From NCBI GenBank assembly GCA_030390025.1, contig CM059430.1, positions 28,830,001-28,894,000 on the forward strand: DNA of 64,000 bases, read 5' to 3'. Every line of letters starts with the position of its first letter. The first letter of the stretch is position 1. The notes under the pieces are model-generated. The model did no database searches and was not told the DNA's origin. It saw nothing but the letters and a program-made list of their open reading frames with translations. Position numbers and translations under genes: made by a program. Below, in pieces: positions 38,350 through 51,391 of the stretch. This stretch comes from Squalus acanthias. Lineage: Eukaryota.

Positions 38350-40920
38350 CAAGATCACAAGATAATTACGGACGAGGAAGGCCATTCGGCCCATCTTAGT
38401 TCATTGATCCAGAGAGATCCAAGTGCCTGCATTGTAGCATCCAATTACTTTGTAAATACTCCTCTATCTGGAAGTTTACTCCACATGTTGATCACTCTTT
38501 GTGTGAAGAAAAATTTTCTGATATTAGTCCCAAAGTTACCTTTGACTAGTTTGAATGCGTCTCCTAGTTCTACTTCCACAGTTTAATCTGAAATAATATT
38601 CCGCAGTTTAATCAAAGTATGGAACAATCTTATATACCTCTACAAGATCACCTCTCAGATGCCTCTTTTCTTAGTTGAAAAGCCCATGTTTCTCTCGTCT
38701 TTCCTAATGCCACCGCCACTGTAGATCAGCCTAGTAGTTCTTTTCTGCACTGCCTCCAGCATATGAATATCTATCTCATTTCTTAGTGGCCAGAACTGAA
38801 TGCATTATTCAAGGCACAGTCTGACTAGAGCACTATACAGTTTGTTCCTTACCTCCTCTGACTTATATTCTACTATTTTGGCTGTGTAGGTCAACATTTT
38901 GGCTTTGCTGAATGCTGCTCTGTATTGGTTGGATATGTTTAGCGTCAATCTCCAAGGTTTCTTTCCTTAAATACTTCAACAAATATACGTGCTGTCTATT
39001 ATTCCTACCTGTGCGCATCACTTTACCCTTTTCTGCATTAAATATTGTCTTTTTTAAAAAATCGTTTATGGGATGTGGGCATCGCTGGCAAGGCCAGCAT
39101 TTATTGCCCATTCCCTAATTGCCCTTGAGAAGGTGGTGGTGAGCCGCCTCCTTGAACCGCTGCAGTCCGTGTGGTGAAGGTACTGCCACAGTGCTGTTAA
39201 GGAGGGAGTTCCAGGATTTTGACCGAGCGACGATGAAGGATCGGCGATATTCTTCTAAGTCAGGATGGTGTGTGACTAGGAGGGGAACCTGGAGGTGATG
39301 GTGTTCCCATGCGCCTGCTGCCCTTGTCCTTCTAGTTGGAAGAGGTCGCGGGTTTGGGAGGTGCTGCCGAAGAAGCCTTGGCGAGTTGCTGCAGTGCATC
39401 TTGTAGATGGTACACACTGCAGCCACAGTACGCCGGTGGTGGAGGGAGTTAATGTTTAAGGTGGTGGATGAGGTGCCAATCAAGTGGGCTGCTTTGTCCT
39501 GGATGGTGTCGAGCTTCTTGAGTGTTGTTGGAGCTGCGCACATCCAGGCAAGTGGAGAGTATTCCATCACACTCCTTACTTGTGCCTTGTAGATGGTGGA
39601 AAGGCTTTGGGGAGTCAGGTGGTGAGACATTCGCCACAGAATACCTAGCCTCTGACCCGCTCTTGTTGCCACAGTATTTATGTGGCTGGTCCAGTTAAGT
39701 TTCTGGTCAATGGTGACCCCCAGGATGTTGATGGTGGGAGATTTGGCGATGGTAATACCATTGAATCTCAAGGGGAGGTGGTTAAACTCTTGCTTGTTGG
39801 AGATAGTCATTGCCTGGCACTTCAGTGGTGCGAATGTTACCTGCCACTTATCAGCCCAAGCCTGAACGTCGTCCAGGTCTTATTGCATGCGGGCATCGAC
39901 TGCTTCATTATCTGAGGAGTTGTGAATGGCACTGAACACTGTGCAGTCATATCAGCGAACATCCCCATTTCTGACCTTATGTTGGAGGGAAGGTCATTGA
40001 TGAAGCAGCTGAAGATGGTTGGGCCTAGGACACTGCCCTGGGGAACTCCTGCAGCGATGTCCTGGGGCTGTGATGATTGACCTTCAACCACCACAACCAT
40101 CTTCCTTTGTGCTATGCATGACTCCAGCCAGTGGAGCGTTTTCCCCCCAATTCCCATTGACTTCAGTCTGCCGTTGTACTGCCCACTCATATTTTGTCCA
40201 ACACATTCAGTAATTTCTGAGCTGCTTCCTCTAATTCCAATGCCCTCTTAATTTAATCACTTTGCATTGACTGTCTGAATTAAAGTAATTTATGTAAATT
40301 AGAAACAGTAGGGATCCCAGCACCAAGTCCTTAGGCACTCCACTCGGTACTTCTCCCCACTCCAACACAACTCATCCAATGAGAACTCATTATTTCCTAT
40401 TCTTCAGCCAGTTTTCTATTCATTTAACCTGAATCCCCGCAGCTTTGAGGTTAATTAACAGTCTTACGTGTGGAACTTGTATCAAAAGCCTTTTGGAAGT
40501 TGAGGTGCATACACCACATCATAGGACTTACCAAAGTCCACTTGGGTTGTTACTTCCTTAAAGAAGTCGAGGAGGTTGATCAGGCAGGATCTTCCTGTTC
40601 TGCGTCCATGCTGACTGCTGTTAACTGGATTATTGTAACACAGAAATCCTCAAATTTACTCTTGATAATTGATTTCATTATTTTACATGGAATGGAAGTA
40701 AAATGGATGACTCTGTAGTTTCCTGTGTCTATTTTGTCACACTTTTTGAATATGGGGACCACATTGTGATCTACTGGTACCTCCATAGTGTTCATTGACT
40801 CCCTCATAATGATTGTCAGTGTCTCACTAATCTCCTCCCCAGTCTTTCTAAGAGTGCTTGGATAAACACTCTCCATCCCTGGGGATTTATTTGTTTTGAG
40901 CCCATTTAGCCTGTCTAGGC
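38350..40920 (-). mobile_element. Old CR1 fragment split by a younger LINE
   Basis: CR1 tail at ~38375; VVPIFKKCDKIDTGNYR in ORF 40580-40876. Confidence 0.75.
39050..40165 (-). mobile_element. 5'-truncated CR1-group LINE (tRNA-headed family), RT C-terminal half
   Basis: GVPQGSVLGPTIFSCFINDLP, MFAD, LGVTIDQKLNWTSHI, YKAQVRSVMEY motifs; closely similar to 60322-61320. Confidence 0.93.
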
Positions 40921-42113
40921 TTCCATCTCATTTATAATTAAGTCATTGGTGTTACTTGGGATAGCAACATATGAGAGAGCATGTTGCTCATGTTTTTCCT
41001 TCTGAAAATAAGCCTTCACAAACAAAGAAATCCCAGCATATTGTAAACTAGAAATGTTTCTAAAAAGTTGGAGTTTTTTGCTCAATTCAAACGTGATACA
41101 CAATTTTGTTTGCAGACATGCTGGCTCAGATAGGAAGCTGCCTACACATTACCTACTGATAACTATTCTGTTCACGATGGATTCAGTAGAACTTAGTGTA
41201 TCAGATAAGAGGGTCTACTGAAAAGGGTAACTGCATAACCTGGAACATCCAAAGGGGAAAGCTTGAGTACTGATCAAGGGAACTTTATGAATCCAATGAA
41301 GAAAGCTTTAAGTGTTGTACTATACTTCCTATATGATTATAATGTTGGGGCCTGAAGCGTAATGTTAAATGTCTTGATTAATAAACATAATTATGCAGCA
41401 ATTTTCCCGACTGATATGGAGTTGGGAGGATTGGAAATGCATCTCTATTTTATGACAATCAAAGCAGAATTGTTCAACATCCAGCAGAATACAGTGCAGA
41501 ATTTTCAATTGAACTTAGTAAGAGAATTTCCAAATTTCTTGTTTCCTGCCCTACTTTCCAACGCTCGGCCAGGAGTGGGCCCGGGCGGAGGAGTGCACAC
41601 AGGCTTTGCAAATGGCCTGGGACAGGAAAATTGCGGGATCCTCCAGTGTACCTCAACTATGCCGTGCCTGTCAGGCTCCCAGCAAGCACAGATAGAGTTA
41701 AATCGACCTGAATAACTTGAACTTGCTAGTTTCTGCCTGGTATCTTAAGCAAAAACTTTCTGCAACCCAGTGTTCTAAATGACGCTACCGGCCAATTAAG
41801 TCATTTTTTTTTTTTAGAGCTTGTTTCAATTTGCAGAAATATCTTTGGCTCTCAGAAGCTGGTATGTGTTTGGCCATGCATGTGTGAAGCTCTGCCTTCC
41901 CCAGATATGAGCAGGCAGTAAAGATGTGGCTCCATGTTCACAGTGGAAAGAAAACATGATAATGCATCTTTTGGTGGAGTAAAAAGGCACCAGTAAATGA
42001 AAACTCTCTGCAACCCAAAACCCCAATTTAAAAAATCCTCTCTGATCCACACTATTTTAAGTACAAACTTTCTGACACCCAATAGGTTAAACATAATCTC
42101 TTCAACAGACAGG

Positions 42114-42497
42114 TCACTTATTTAAATCTCAGCAGTATAAATAAGGGAGACTAGAGTACAGTTTGTCACGGAGTGCAGATTTGGAATATAGTGCTAAGCT
42201 GCGAGTTTGGTGAGTGAGGGAGTAACTCTTAAAGGTTAATCTCTTATTTTTATAAGTTCTAGTCTTGTGTGCTTGCAATTAGCATTTAAATTTACTGTTT
42301 CAAGTTTTAAGTTTCTTCCAGGCTTGGGCAGGGCGAAGCAAGCTCTGTGCTGGAGAGCAGGTGATAGTAATTAATTAATTAACTGGTCGAATCGGGTTCT
42401 GTAACTGCCAGAGAGCTCACTTATTTAAATCTCAGCAGTATAAATAAGGGAGACTAGAGTGCAGTTTGTCGCGGAGTGCAGATTTGGAATAGAGTGC
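42114..42497 (+). repeat. 303-bp-period tandem repeat running into the gap, probably CR1 5' UTR monomers
   Basis: 42114-42194 is repeated at 42417-42497 with few substitutions; contains gtataaataag and ttg|gtgagt. Confidence 0.7.
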
Positions 42498-42658
42498 NNN
42501 NNNNNNNNNNNNNNNNNNNNNNNNNNNNNNNNNNNNNNNNNNNNNNNNNNNNNNNNNNNNNNNNNNNNNNNNNNNNNNNNNNNNNNNNNNNNNNNNNNNN
42601 NNNNNNNNNNNNNNNNNNNNNNNNNNNNNNNNNNNNNNNNNNNNNNNNNNNNNNNNNN
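42498..42658. other. Assembly gap (161 N)
   Basis: Run of N. Confidence 1.
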
Positions 42659-43057
42659 TCCTTTTTCCATCTTTGTCAGGTTCCTGGTGTGGCGGCGGAC
42701 CTGTGTGAGGCGAGGCGGCGGCAAAGGGTTTAAAAGGCTCCAGAGACCAGGTAAGGCGGGACCAGTCTCCGAACTCGGAGGGAGGGAGAGAAGTAAAAAT
42801 AATCGAGGTGTGACGTCACCAGAAAGCAGGTAAGTAATTGGTTGGTGAGTATTTCTCTCTTTTTAAACTTAAACTCTGTGGGTTATAGTTAATAAGGCCT
42901 TTCTGGTGCAGAGTGACTGTTGGTAAACCATTTAACTGGTGTAATTTAGAGGGATTAATTTAATTTAAATCCAATTAATTAGAGGGGATACTAGCATCTA
43001 TAATCGAGCAGAGAGTGTCCATAACTAACAATAAAAAAATGTAATTAATTACATAGA

Positions 43058-44011
43058 ATGGAGCAGGTGATGTGTTACTGTTGCGAGATGTGGGAGCCGG
43101 TGGACCCCATTGAGGCTCACAGTGATTACATCTGTGACAAGTGTCTGCTGCTACAGGAACTCCAGCTCCGTATTGATGAGCTGGAGTCTGAGCTTCAGAC
43201 ACTGCGACACATCAGGGTGGGGGAGAAGTACCTCGACTTTGTGTTTCAGGAGGTGGTCACACCTATGAAGTTAATTAATTCAGATGTAGCCCATGGTCAG
43301 GGACAGGACGGTGTGACTACGAGTGAGGCAGGCACGGGGATCCAGGAGGTAGTGTTGGAGGAGCCGCAGCCCTTGCTCTTGTCCAACAGGTTCGAGGTTC
43401 TTACTCACTGTGGGGACTGGAGCAGGGACTGCAGGGAGGATGAGCAACCTGGCCACAGCACCGTGGAATGGGGGGCCATTCAAGAGGGGGGAGTAAATAG
43501 AAATGTTGTAGTGGTAGGGGATAGTATTATTAGGGGGATAGATAGAGTTCTCTGCAGCCGAGAGCGAGAGTCCCATAGGCTGTGTTGCCTGCCCGGTGCC
43601 AGGGTTAAGGACATCTCCTCTGGGCTGGAAAGAAACTTGCAGTGGGAGGGGGTGGATCCAGTTGTCGTGGTCCATGTTGGTACAAATGACGTAGATAGGA
43701 CAAGGAAGCAGGTTCTGTTAAAGGAGTATGAGCAGCTAGGGGTCAAATTAAAAAACAGAACCTCAAGGGTATTAATCTCTGGATTATTACCTGAGCCACG
43801 AGCGAATTTGGCTAGGACAAATAAAATTAGAGAGTTAAATGAGTGGCTCAAAGACTGGTGTGGGAGAAATGGGTTTTTCTTCCTGGGACACTGGCACCAG
43901 TACTGGGGCAGGAGGGAGCTGTTCCGTTGGGACGGGCTTCACTTGGCCAGTGCTGGGACTAGAGTCCTGGCGGATCATATAACTAGGGCTGTGGAGAGGG
44001 CTTTAAACTAA
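43058..44011 (+). CDS. CR1 ORF1p: zinc finger/leucine zipper plus SGNH esterase domain (317 aa, intact)
   Basis: CxxC..CxxC then LQELQLRIDELESEL; esterase blocks VGDS, PGA, HVGTND, DGLHL. Confidence 0.92.
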   Translation: MEQVMCYCCEMWEPVDPIEAHSDYICDKCLLLQELQLRIDELESELQTLRHIRVGEKYLDFVFQEVVTPMKLINSDVAHGQGQDGVTTSEAGTGIQEVVLEEPQPLLLSNRFEVLTHCGDWSRDCREDEQPGHSTVEWGAIQEGGVNRNVVVVGDSIIRGIDRVLCSRERESHRLCCLPGARVKDISSGLERNLQWEGVDPVVVVHVGTNDVDRTRKQVLLKEYEQLGVKLKNRTSRVLISGLLPEPRANLARTNKIRELNEWLKDWCGRNGFFFLGHWHQYWGRRELFRWDGLHLASAGTRVLADHITRAVERALN

Positions 44012-44034
44012 CTAGTGGGGGGGAGGTTCCTAGA

Positions 44035-47000
44035 GTGCAAATAATAAAAATGACAACAGAGAAGGTCATAGACTTAGGTAGCAGTGGGGAAATTAAAAAC
44101 CAGAGTGTGTCAGGAAGGGGCAGACGGTATGGAGTAAAAGGTAAAGTAATAAAAAGGGCAAAAGCAGGAACTAAGTGTCACAAAACATATTTGAAAGTTC
44201 TCTATCTGAATGCACGTAGCATTCGTAACAAAATAGATGAGTTAACGGCACAAATAACTACATATGGATATGATCTTGTGGCCATTACAGAAACATGGCT
44301 GCAGGGTGACAATGCCTGGGAATTAAACATACCAGGTTATTTAACGATCAGGAAGGACAGGCAGGAAGGAAGGGGAGGTGGGGTGGCTATGTTAATAAAG
44401 GAAGGAATCACTGTAATACAGAGAAATGATATTGGGTCAAAAGATCAGGATAATGAAACAGTTTGGGTGGAGATAAGGAATAAGAAGGGGAAAAAAACAC
44501 TAGTGGGCGTAGTCTATAGGCCTCCGAACAGTTGCAACTCTGTTGGACGGAGTATCAATCAGGAAATAGTTGAGGCTTGTAATAAGGGAACATCTTTAAT
44601 TATGGGGGATTTTAACTATCATATTAATTGGACAAATCAAATTGGGCAGGGCTGCCTTGAAGATGAGTTCATTGAGTGTATTAGGGATGGGTTTCTTGAG
44701 CAGTATGTAACTGAACCGACCAGGGGGCAAGCAACCTTAGATCTGGTCCTGTGTAACGAGACAGGATTAATTAAAAATGTCCTAGTAAAGGATCCCCTTG
44801 GAATGAGTGACCATAACATGGTTGAATTCCATATTCAATTAGAGGGTGAGAAGGTTGGATCTCAAACAAGCGTGCTAAGCTTGAATAAAGGAGACTATGA
44901 AGGTATGCGAGCGGAATTGAGTAGAGTGGATTGGGTAAATAGATTAAAGGGTAAGACGATACATGATCAGTGGTGTACATTTAAGGAGTTATTTTACAAC
45001 TTCCAAAAAATATATATTCCACTGAGAAGAAAAGGGTGTAAAAGAAAAGACGGTCATCCATGGCTAAGTAAAGAAATTAAGGATAATATTCGACTAAAAA
45101 CAAGGGCTTATAAGGTAGCAAAATCTAGTGGGAGGATAGAGGATTGGGAAAACTTTAAAAGACAGCAAAAAATAACAAAAAGATTGATTAAGAAAGGGAA
45201 GATAGATTATGAAAGTAAATTAGCAAAAAATATAAAAACAGATAGTAAGAGTTTTTATAGTTATATAAAAAGAAAAAGGGTGGCTAAAGTAAATGTTGGT
45301 CCCTTGGAGGATGAGACCGGGAAATTAATGGTGGGAAATATGGAGATGGCAAATACACTGAATGAATATTTTGTATCAGTCTTTACAGTAGAGGACACGA
45401 AGAATATCCCAACACTGGACAAATAGGGGGCTATAGGGGGGGGAGGAGCTAAACACGATCAAAATCACTAAGGAAGTGGTACTCGGTAAAATAATGGGAC
45501 TCAAGGCGGATAAATCACCTGGACCTGATGGCTTACATCCTAGGGTCTTGAGGGAAGTGGCGGTAGGGATTGTGGATGCATTGGTAATAATTTTCCAAAA
45601 CTCCCTGGACTCAGCAAAGATCCCGGCAGACTGGAAAACTGCTAATGAAACACCCTTATTTAAAAAGGGCAGTAGACAGAAGGCTGGAAACTATAGACCG
45701 GTTAGCCTAACATCTGTGGTAGGTAAAATTTTGGAGTCCATTATTAAGGAGACAGTAACGGGACATTTGGATAATCATAATTTAATAGGACAAAGTCAGC
45801 ATGGTTTTATGAAGGGGAAGTCATGTTTGACAAATTTGCTGGAGTTCTTTGAGGAAGTAACATACAGGGTGGATAAAGGGGAACCAGTGGATGTGGTGTA
45901 TTTAGACTTCCAAAAGGCATTTGACAAGGTGCCACACAAGATTATTGCTTAAGATAAAAAATCACGGGATTGGGGGTAATATTCTGGCATGGATAGAGGA
46001 TTGGCTATCTAACAGAAGGCAGAGAGTTGGGATAAATGGTTCATTCTCAGACTGGCAATCAGTAACTAGTGGTGTTCCGCAGGGGTCAGTGCTGGGTCCC
46101 CAACTCTTTACAATCTATATTAACGATTTGGAGGAGGGGACCGAGTGTAACATATCAAAGTTTGCAGATGATACTAAGATGGGAGGGAAAGTAGTGAGTG
46201 AGGAGGACATAAAAATTCTGCAAGGGGACATAGACAGGCTAAGTAAGTGGGCAGAGATTTGGCAGATGGAATACAATACTGGAAAGTGTGAGGTTATGCA
46301 CTTTGGCAGGAAAAATAGTAGAGCAAGTTATTATCTAAATGGCAAGAAACTGGAAAGTACTGAAGTACAAAAGGATCTGGGGGTCCTGGTGCACGAAACT
46401 CAAAAGGTTAGTATGCAGGTGCAGCAAGTGATTAAGAAAGCCAATGGAATGTTGGCTTTCATTGCTAAGGGGATAGAATATAAAAATAGGGAGGTATTGC
46501 TTCAGTTGTACAAGGTATTGGTGAGACCGCACCTGGAATACTGCATACAGTTTTGGTGTCCATACTTAAGAAAAGACATACTTGCTCTCGAGTCAGTACG
46601 AAGAAGGTTCACTCGGTTAATCCCGGGGATGAGGGGATGGACATATGAGGAGAGGTTGGGTAGATTGGGACTCTACTCATTGGAGCTCAGAAGAATGAGA
46701 GGCGATCTTATTGAAACATATAAGATTGTGAAGGGGTTGGATCGGGTGGATGCGGGGAGGATGTTCCCGATGATGGGTGAAACTAGAACTAGGGGGCATA
46801 GTCTTAGAATAAGGGGCTGCTCTTTCAAAACTGAGATGAGAAGGAACTACTTCACTCAGAGGGTGGTAGGTCCGATGAATATGCTGCCCCAAAAAGCTGT
46901 AGAAGCTACATCATTACATAAATTTAAAACAGAAATAGACAGTTTCCTAGAAGTAAAGGGAATTAAGGGTTACGGGGAGCGGGCAGGAATTTGGACATGA
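44035..47000 (+). pseudogene. CR1 ORF2 (endonuclease-RT) with a premature stop and frameshifts
   Basis: YLNARS, ITETWL, MGDFN, SDH (endonuclease); NYRPVSLTS, LDFQKAFDKV, GVPQGSVLGP, FADD (RT); TAG at 45424-45426 with a nearby G-run frameshift, and a frameshift near 45945. Confidence 0.93.
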
Positions 47001-47437
47001 GTCTAGGTTCGGATCGGTCATGGCCCTGTGGGTAGCGTAGCCTGATCCTGCTCCTATTTCGTGTGTCCAATTCTGTTAGGTTCAGGAGATGGTTCTGTGA
47101 TAGTAGATTGGCGGTTAGGATCAGATCAGCCATGATCTTATTGAATGGCGGAGCAGGCTCGAGGGGCCAATTGGCCTACTCCTGCTCCTATTTCTTATGT
47201 TCTTATATTCTTATAGACTGAGATCTGTTAGCTCTTTCTCTTCTCATTCAGTAGAATGTCTTTTGGCCTGAACTCCATCTGCAGTTTAACCTTAAGGGGA
47301 CACAATCCCAAGCCCTGTTTTGGTGGGTTGACAAACAAAGCAATCTTGGTTGAACCAAAGTACAGTATTGGAATATCAAAATTATCTCATCTCTGCAGAT
47401 GGATATATAAACATGCAGTTGGCCAATACACTGCTTT

Positions 47438-49810
47438 CATAGAATCATAGAATTTAGGAGCAGGAGTAGGCCATTCGGCCCCTCTAGCCTGCTCCGCCAT
47501 TCAATGCGATCATGGCTGATCATCCAAATTCAGTACCCTGTCCCTGCTTTCTCCCCATATCCCTTGATCTCTTTTGCCTTAAGAAATATATCCAACTCCT
47601 TCTTGAATCTATTTAATGAATTGGCCTCTACTGCCTTCTGTGGCAGAGAATTCCACAGGTTCACCACTCTCTGGGTGAAGAAATTCCTCCTCATTTCTGT
47701 CCTAAATGGCTTACCCCTTATCTTTAAACTGTGACCCCTGGTTCTGGACTCCCCGACCATCGGGAACATCCTTCCTGCATCTAGTTTGTCCTGTCCTGTC
47801 AGAATTTTATAAGTTTCAATGAGATCCCCTCTCATTCTTCTAAACTCCAACGAGTATAAGCCCAATCAACCCAATCTCTCTTCATACGTCATTCCTGTCA
47901 TCCCAGGTATCGGCCTTGTGAATCTTCGCTGAACTTCTTCCATGGCAAGAACATCCTTCCTCAGATAAGGCGACCAAAACTGCACACAGTACTCAAGGTG
48001 TGGTCTCACCAAGGCCCTGTACAACTGCAGCAAGACTTCCTTGTTCCTGGACTCAAACCCTCTCGCTATGAAGGCCAACATACCATTTGCCTTCTTCACC
48101 GCCTGCTGCACCTGCATGCTTACCTTTAGCGATTGGTGCACAAGGACACCCAGGTCTCGTTGCACTTCCCCTTCTCCCAATTTATTGCCATTCAGATAAT
48201 AATCTGCCTTTCTGTTTTTGACACCAAAGTGGATAACCTCGCATTTATCCACGTTATATTGCATCTGCCACGCTTCTGCCCAATCACCCAACCTGTCCAA
48301 ATCATCCTGGAGTTTCACGGCATCCTCCTCGCAGCGCACACGCCCACCCAGTTTTGTGTCGTCTGCAAACTTGGAGATATTACATCTAGTTCGCTTGTCT
48401 AGATCATTAATATATATTGTGAATAGCTGGGGTCCAAGGACCGATCCCTGCGGTACCCCACTAGTCACTGCCTGCCACTCGGAGAAAGACCCGTTTATTC
48501 CAACTCTTTGCTTTCTGTCTGCCAACCAGTTCTCTATCCAAGTCAATACCTTGCCCCCAATCCCATGTGCCTTAACTTTACACGCTAATCTCTTATGCGG
48601 GACCTTATCAAAAGCCTTTTGGAAGTCCAAATACACCACATCCACTGGTTCTCCCTTATCTATTTTACCAGTTACATCCTCAAAAAATTCCAGTAGATTA
48701 GTCAAGCATGATTTAACTTTTGTAAATCCATGTTGACTTTGTCCGATCCTGTCACTGTTTTCCAAGTGCTCTGCTATTACATCTTTTATAATGGACTCCG
48801 GCATTTTCCCCACTACCGATGTCAGGCTTACCGGTCTGTAATTCCCCGTTTTCTCTCTACCACCCTTTTTTGAATAGTGGGGTAACATTAGCTACCCTCC
48901 AATCCATGGGTACTGTTCCAGATTCCATCGAATGTTGGAAGATGATCAGCAATGCATCTACTATTTCTAGGGCCACTTCCTTAAGTACCCTAGGATGTAG
49001 ATTATCAGGCCCTGGGGATTTATCGGCCTTCAATCCCTTCAATTTCCCTAACACCATTTCCCTGCAAATACTGATTTCTTTCAGTTCCTCCCTTTCATCA
49101 GACGCTATGTTCCCCAACATCTCTGGGAGGTTATTTGTGTCCTCCTTTGTGAAGACAGAACCAAAATATGCATTTAATTGGTCTGACATTTCTTTGTTCC
49201 CCATTATAAGTTCCCCTGATTGTGACTGCAAGGGACCTATGCTTGATTTCACTAATCTTTTTCTCTTCACATATCTATAAAAGCTTTTACAGTCAGTTTT
49301 TATGTTCCCTGCAAGCTTACTCTCGTATTCTATTTCCCCCTTCTTAATTAATCCCTTTGTCCTCCTTTGTTGAATCTTAAACTGCTCCCAATCCTCAGGG
49401 TTACTGCTTTTTCTGGCCAATTTATATGCCCTCTCCTTGGATCTTATGCTATCCCTAATTTCCCTTGTTACCCACGGTTGAGTCACCCTTTTTGTTTTAT
49501 TCTTATGCCAAACTGGGATGAACAAATTCTGTAGTTCGTCCATGCGGTCTTTGAATGTTTGCCATTGCCTATCCACCGTCAACCCTTTGAGTGACATTCC
49601 CCAATCAATCCTACCCAACTCGCACCTCATACCATCGTAGTTTCCTTTATTTAAATTCAGGACCCTAGTCTCTGAGTCAACTACTTCACTCTCCATCCTA
49701 ATTCTATCATATTATGATCGCTCCGACCCAAGGGGCCTCGCACAACAAGATTGCTAATTAATCCTTTCTCATTGCAGAATACCCAGTCTAAGATGGCCTG
49801 ATCTTTGGTT
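47438..49810 (-). mobile_element. 5'-truncated CR1 LINE (different subfamily), ORF2 from the end of the endonuclease to the tail
   Basis: ORFs 48857-49696, 47866-48888 and 47530-47865 carry RT motifs; (ATTCTATG)n tail. Confidence 0.96.
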
Positions 49811-50344
49811 TTGGTGAAGAAGTCCTGATAAAATACAAACATGTGCTGTGCATCAAAGGAATTAAAGAGAAATGAGATGCAGAATTGAGAAAACAGATTT
49901 ACTTTTTTATTGAACCACGTTTACCTTTTAAAAATCTCCAACAATGAACCACGTTTTCAGATAGTTTGAGTGGCACTGACTAGTTAAGTAGCTCTGCACA
50001 AACTGTGTGTAATTGCTTCTGGCCTCAAAACTGAGCACAATTGTTCCAGTTTTATTATTTTCACGTGTTAAAATGTAAACTCCGAGGTAAACGGATCTAA
50101 TAAAAAGTAATATTTCAACCACAAAGATGTAAACACTTGGATATGAATCAAATAACTATTACAATAACCAACTTTATATGGATGCATAATTGAGTCATTC
50201 AGTAAATTACTAAAATGTCTATTCAACATAACAATTCAATGAAATACAGACAAAAACATCATGGCTACTTTAACTGTTCACAATTAATAATGAGTTTGCT
50301 TCAAGTGACAAAAAAGCACTGAAAACAGTTTTTCTAGGTGATTG

Positions 50345-50450
50345 TAACGAACAAACTTGAATTTATACAGCAGCTGATCACATCCTCAGGACGTCTCAAA
50401 GCGTTTCACATCCAAACAATTACTTTTTGAACTTTTGTCATGTAGCAGTT
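50345..50450 (-). mobile_element. DeuSINE/L2-type tail remnant
   Basis: Similar to 6990-7075. Confidence 0.5.
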
Positions 50451-50646
50451 GCTATTATTTGCTCGCGTGCCTTTTAAATACATTTTTAATAACTGTAAAA
50501 GTTATAGCGCTGACTTATATGCGATAGAATCATGCAGCACAGTGATGATGCTGATAACTGGTACATCATTGCATTGAACTCTGTACAACAGTGTGCCCTG
50601 AGTCAGTAGATGCCATCCAGTCCACAAGCTCACTGTTAGCACTGGT

Positions 50647-51391
50647 CGTCATCACTGGCCTTCAGTGTGCTAGTGCAGCCTTCGGTCGCCTGAGAAAGAG
50701 AGCGTTTGAAGACCAGGACCTCAAACCCGGCACTAAGCTCATGGTCTACAGAGCAGTAGTGATACCCGCCTTGCTGTATGCCTCAGAGACATGGACCATT
50801 TACAGCAGGCACCTCAAAGCACTGGAGAGGTACCACCAACGCTGCCTCCACAAGATCCTGCAAATCCATTGGCAGGATAGGCGCACCAACATCAGTGTTC
50901 TCGCTCAGGCCAACATCTCCAGCATCGAAGCTTTGACCACGCTCGATCAGCTCCGATGGACGGGTCACATCGTCCGCATGCCCGATACGAGACTCCCAAA
51001 ACAAGCGCTCTACTCGGAGCTCCGACACGGCAAAAGAGTCCCAGGTAGGCAGAGGAAACGCTTCAAGGACCCCCTCAAAGCTTCCTTGAAAAAGTGCAAC
51101 ATCCCCACTGACACCTGGGAATTCCTGGCCCAAGAACGCACAAAGAGGAGGAGAAGCATCCGGGAGGGCGCCAAACACCTCGAGTCTCTTCGCTGGGAGC
51201 AAGCGGAAGTCAAGCGCAAGCAGCGCACGTCAACCCAAGCACCCCCCCCACCCCTTCAACCACCGTCTGCCCCACCTGTGACAGAGACTGTAGGTCCCGT
51301 ATTGGACTCATCAGTCAACTGAGAACTCATTTTTAATGTGGAAGCAAGTCATCCTCGGTTCCGAGGGACTGCCTCAGAGAGAGAAGAGAAG
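50647..51391 (+). mobile_element. RTE-clade LINE 3' fragment
   Basis: ASAAFGRLRKR, TKLMVYRAVVIPALLYASETW, QLRWTGHIVRM, GRQRKRFKD; TSD AGCACTGGT at 50638-50646 and 51392-51400; GA-rich tail. Confidence 0.93.

Larger units (their letters stand above)
42659..47213 (+). mobile_element. Near-full-length CR1 LINE
   Basis: GC-rich 5' UTR, ORF1, ORF2 (APE endonuclease plus RT), 3' UTR with hairpin and (TTCTTATR)n tail. Confidence 0.97.

Noticed and set aside
42425-42833. ORFs spanning the N run
   Set aside because: Artefacts of the assembly gap
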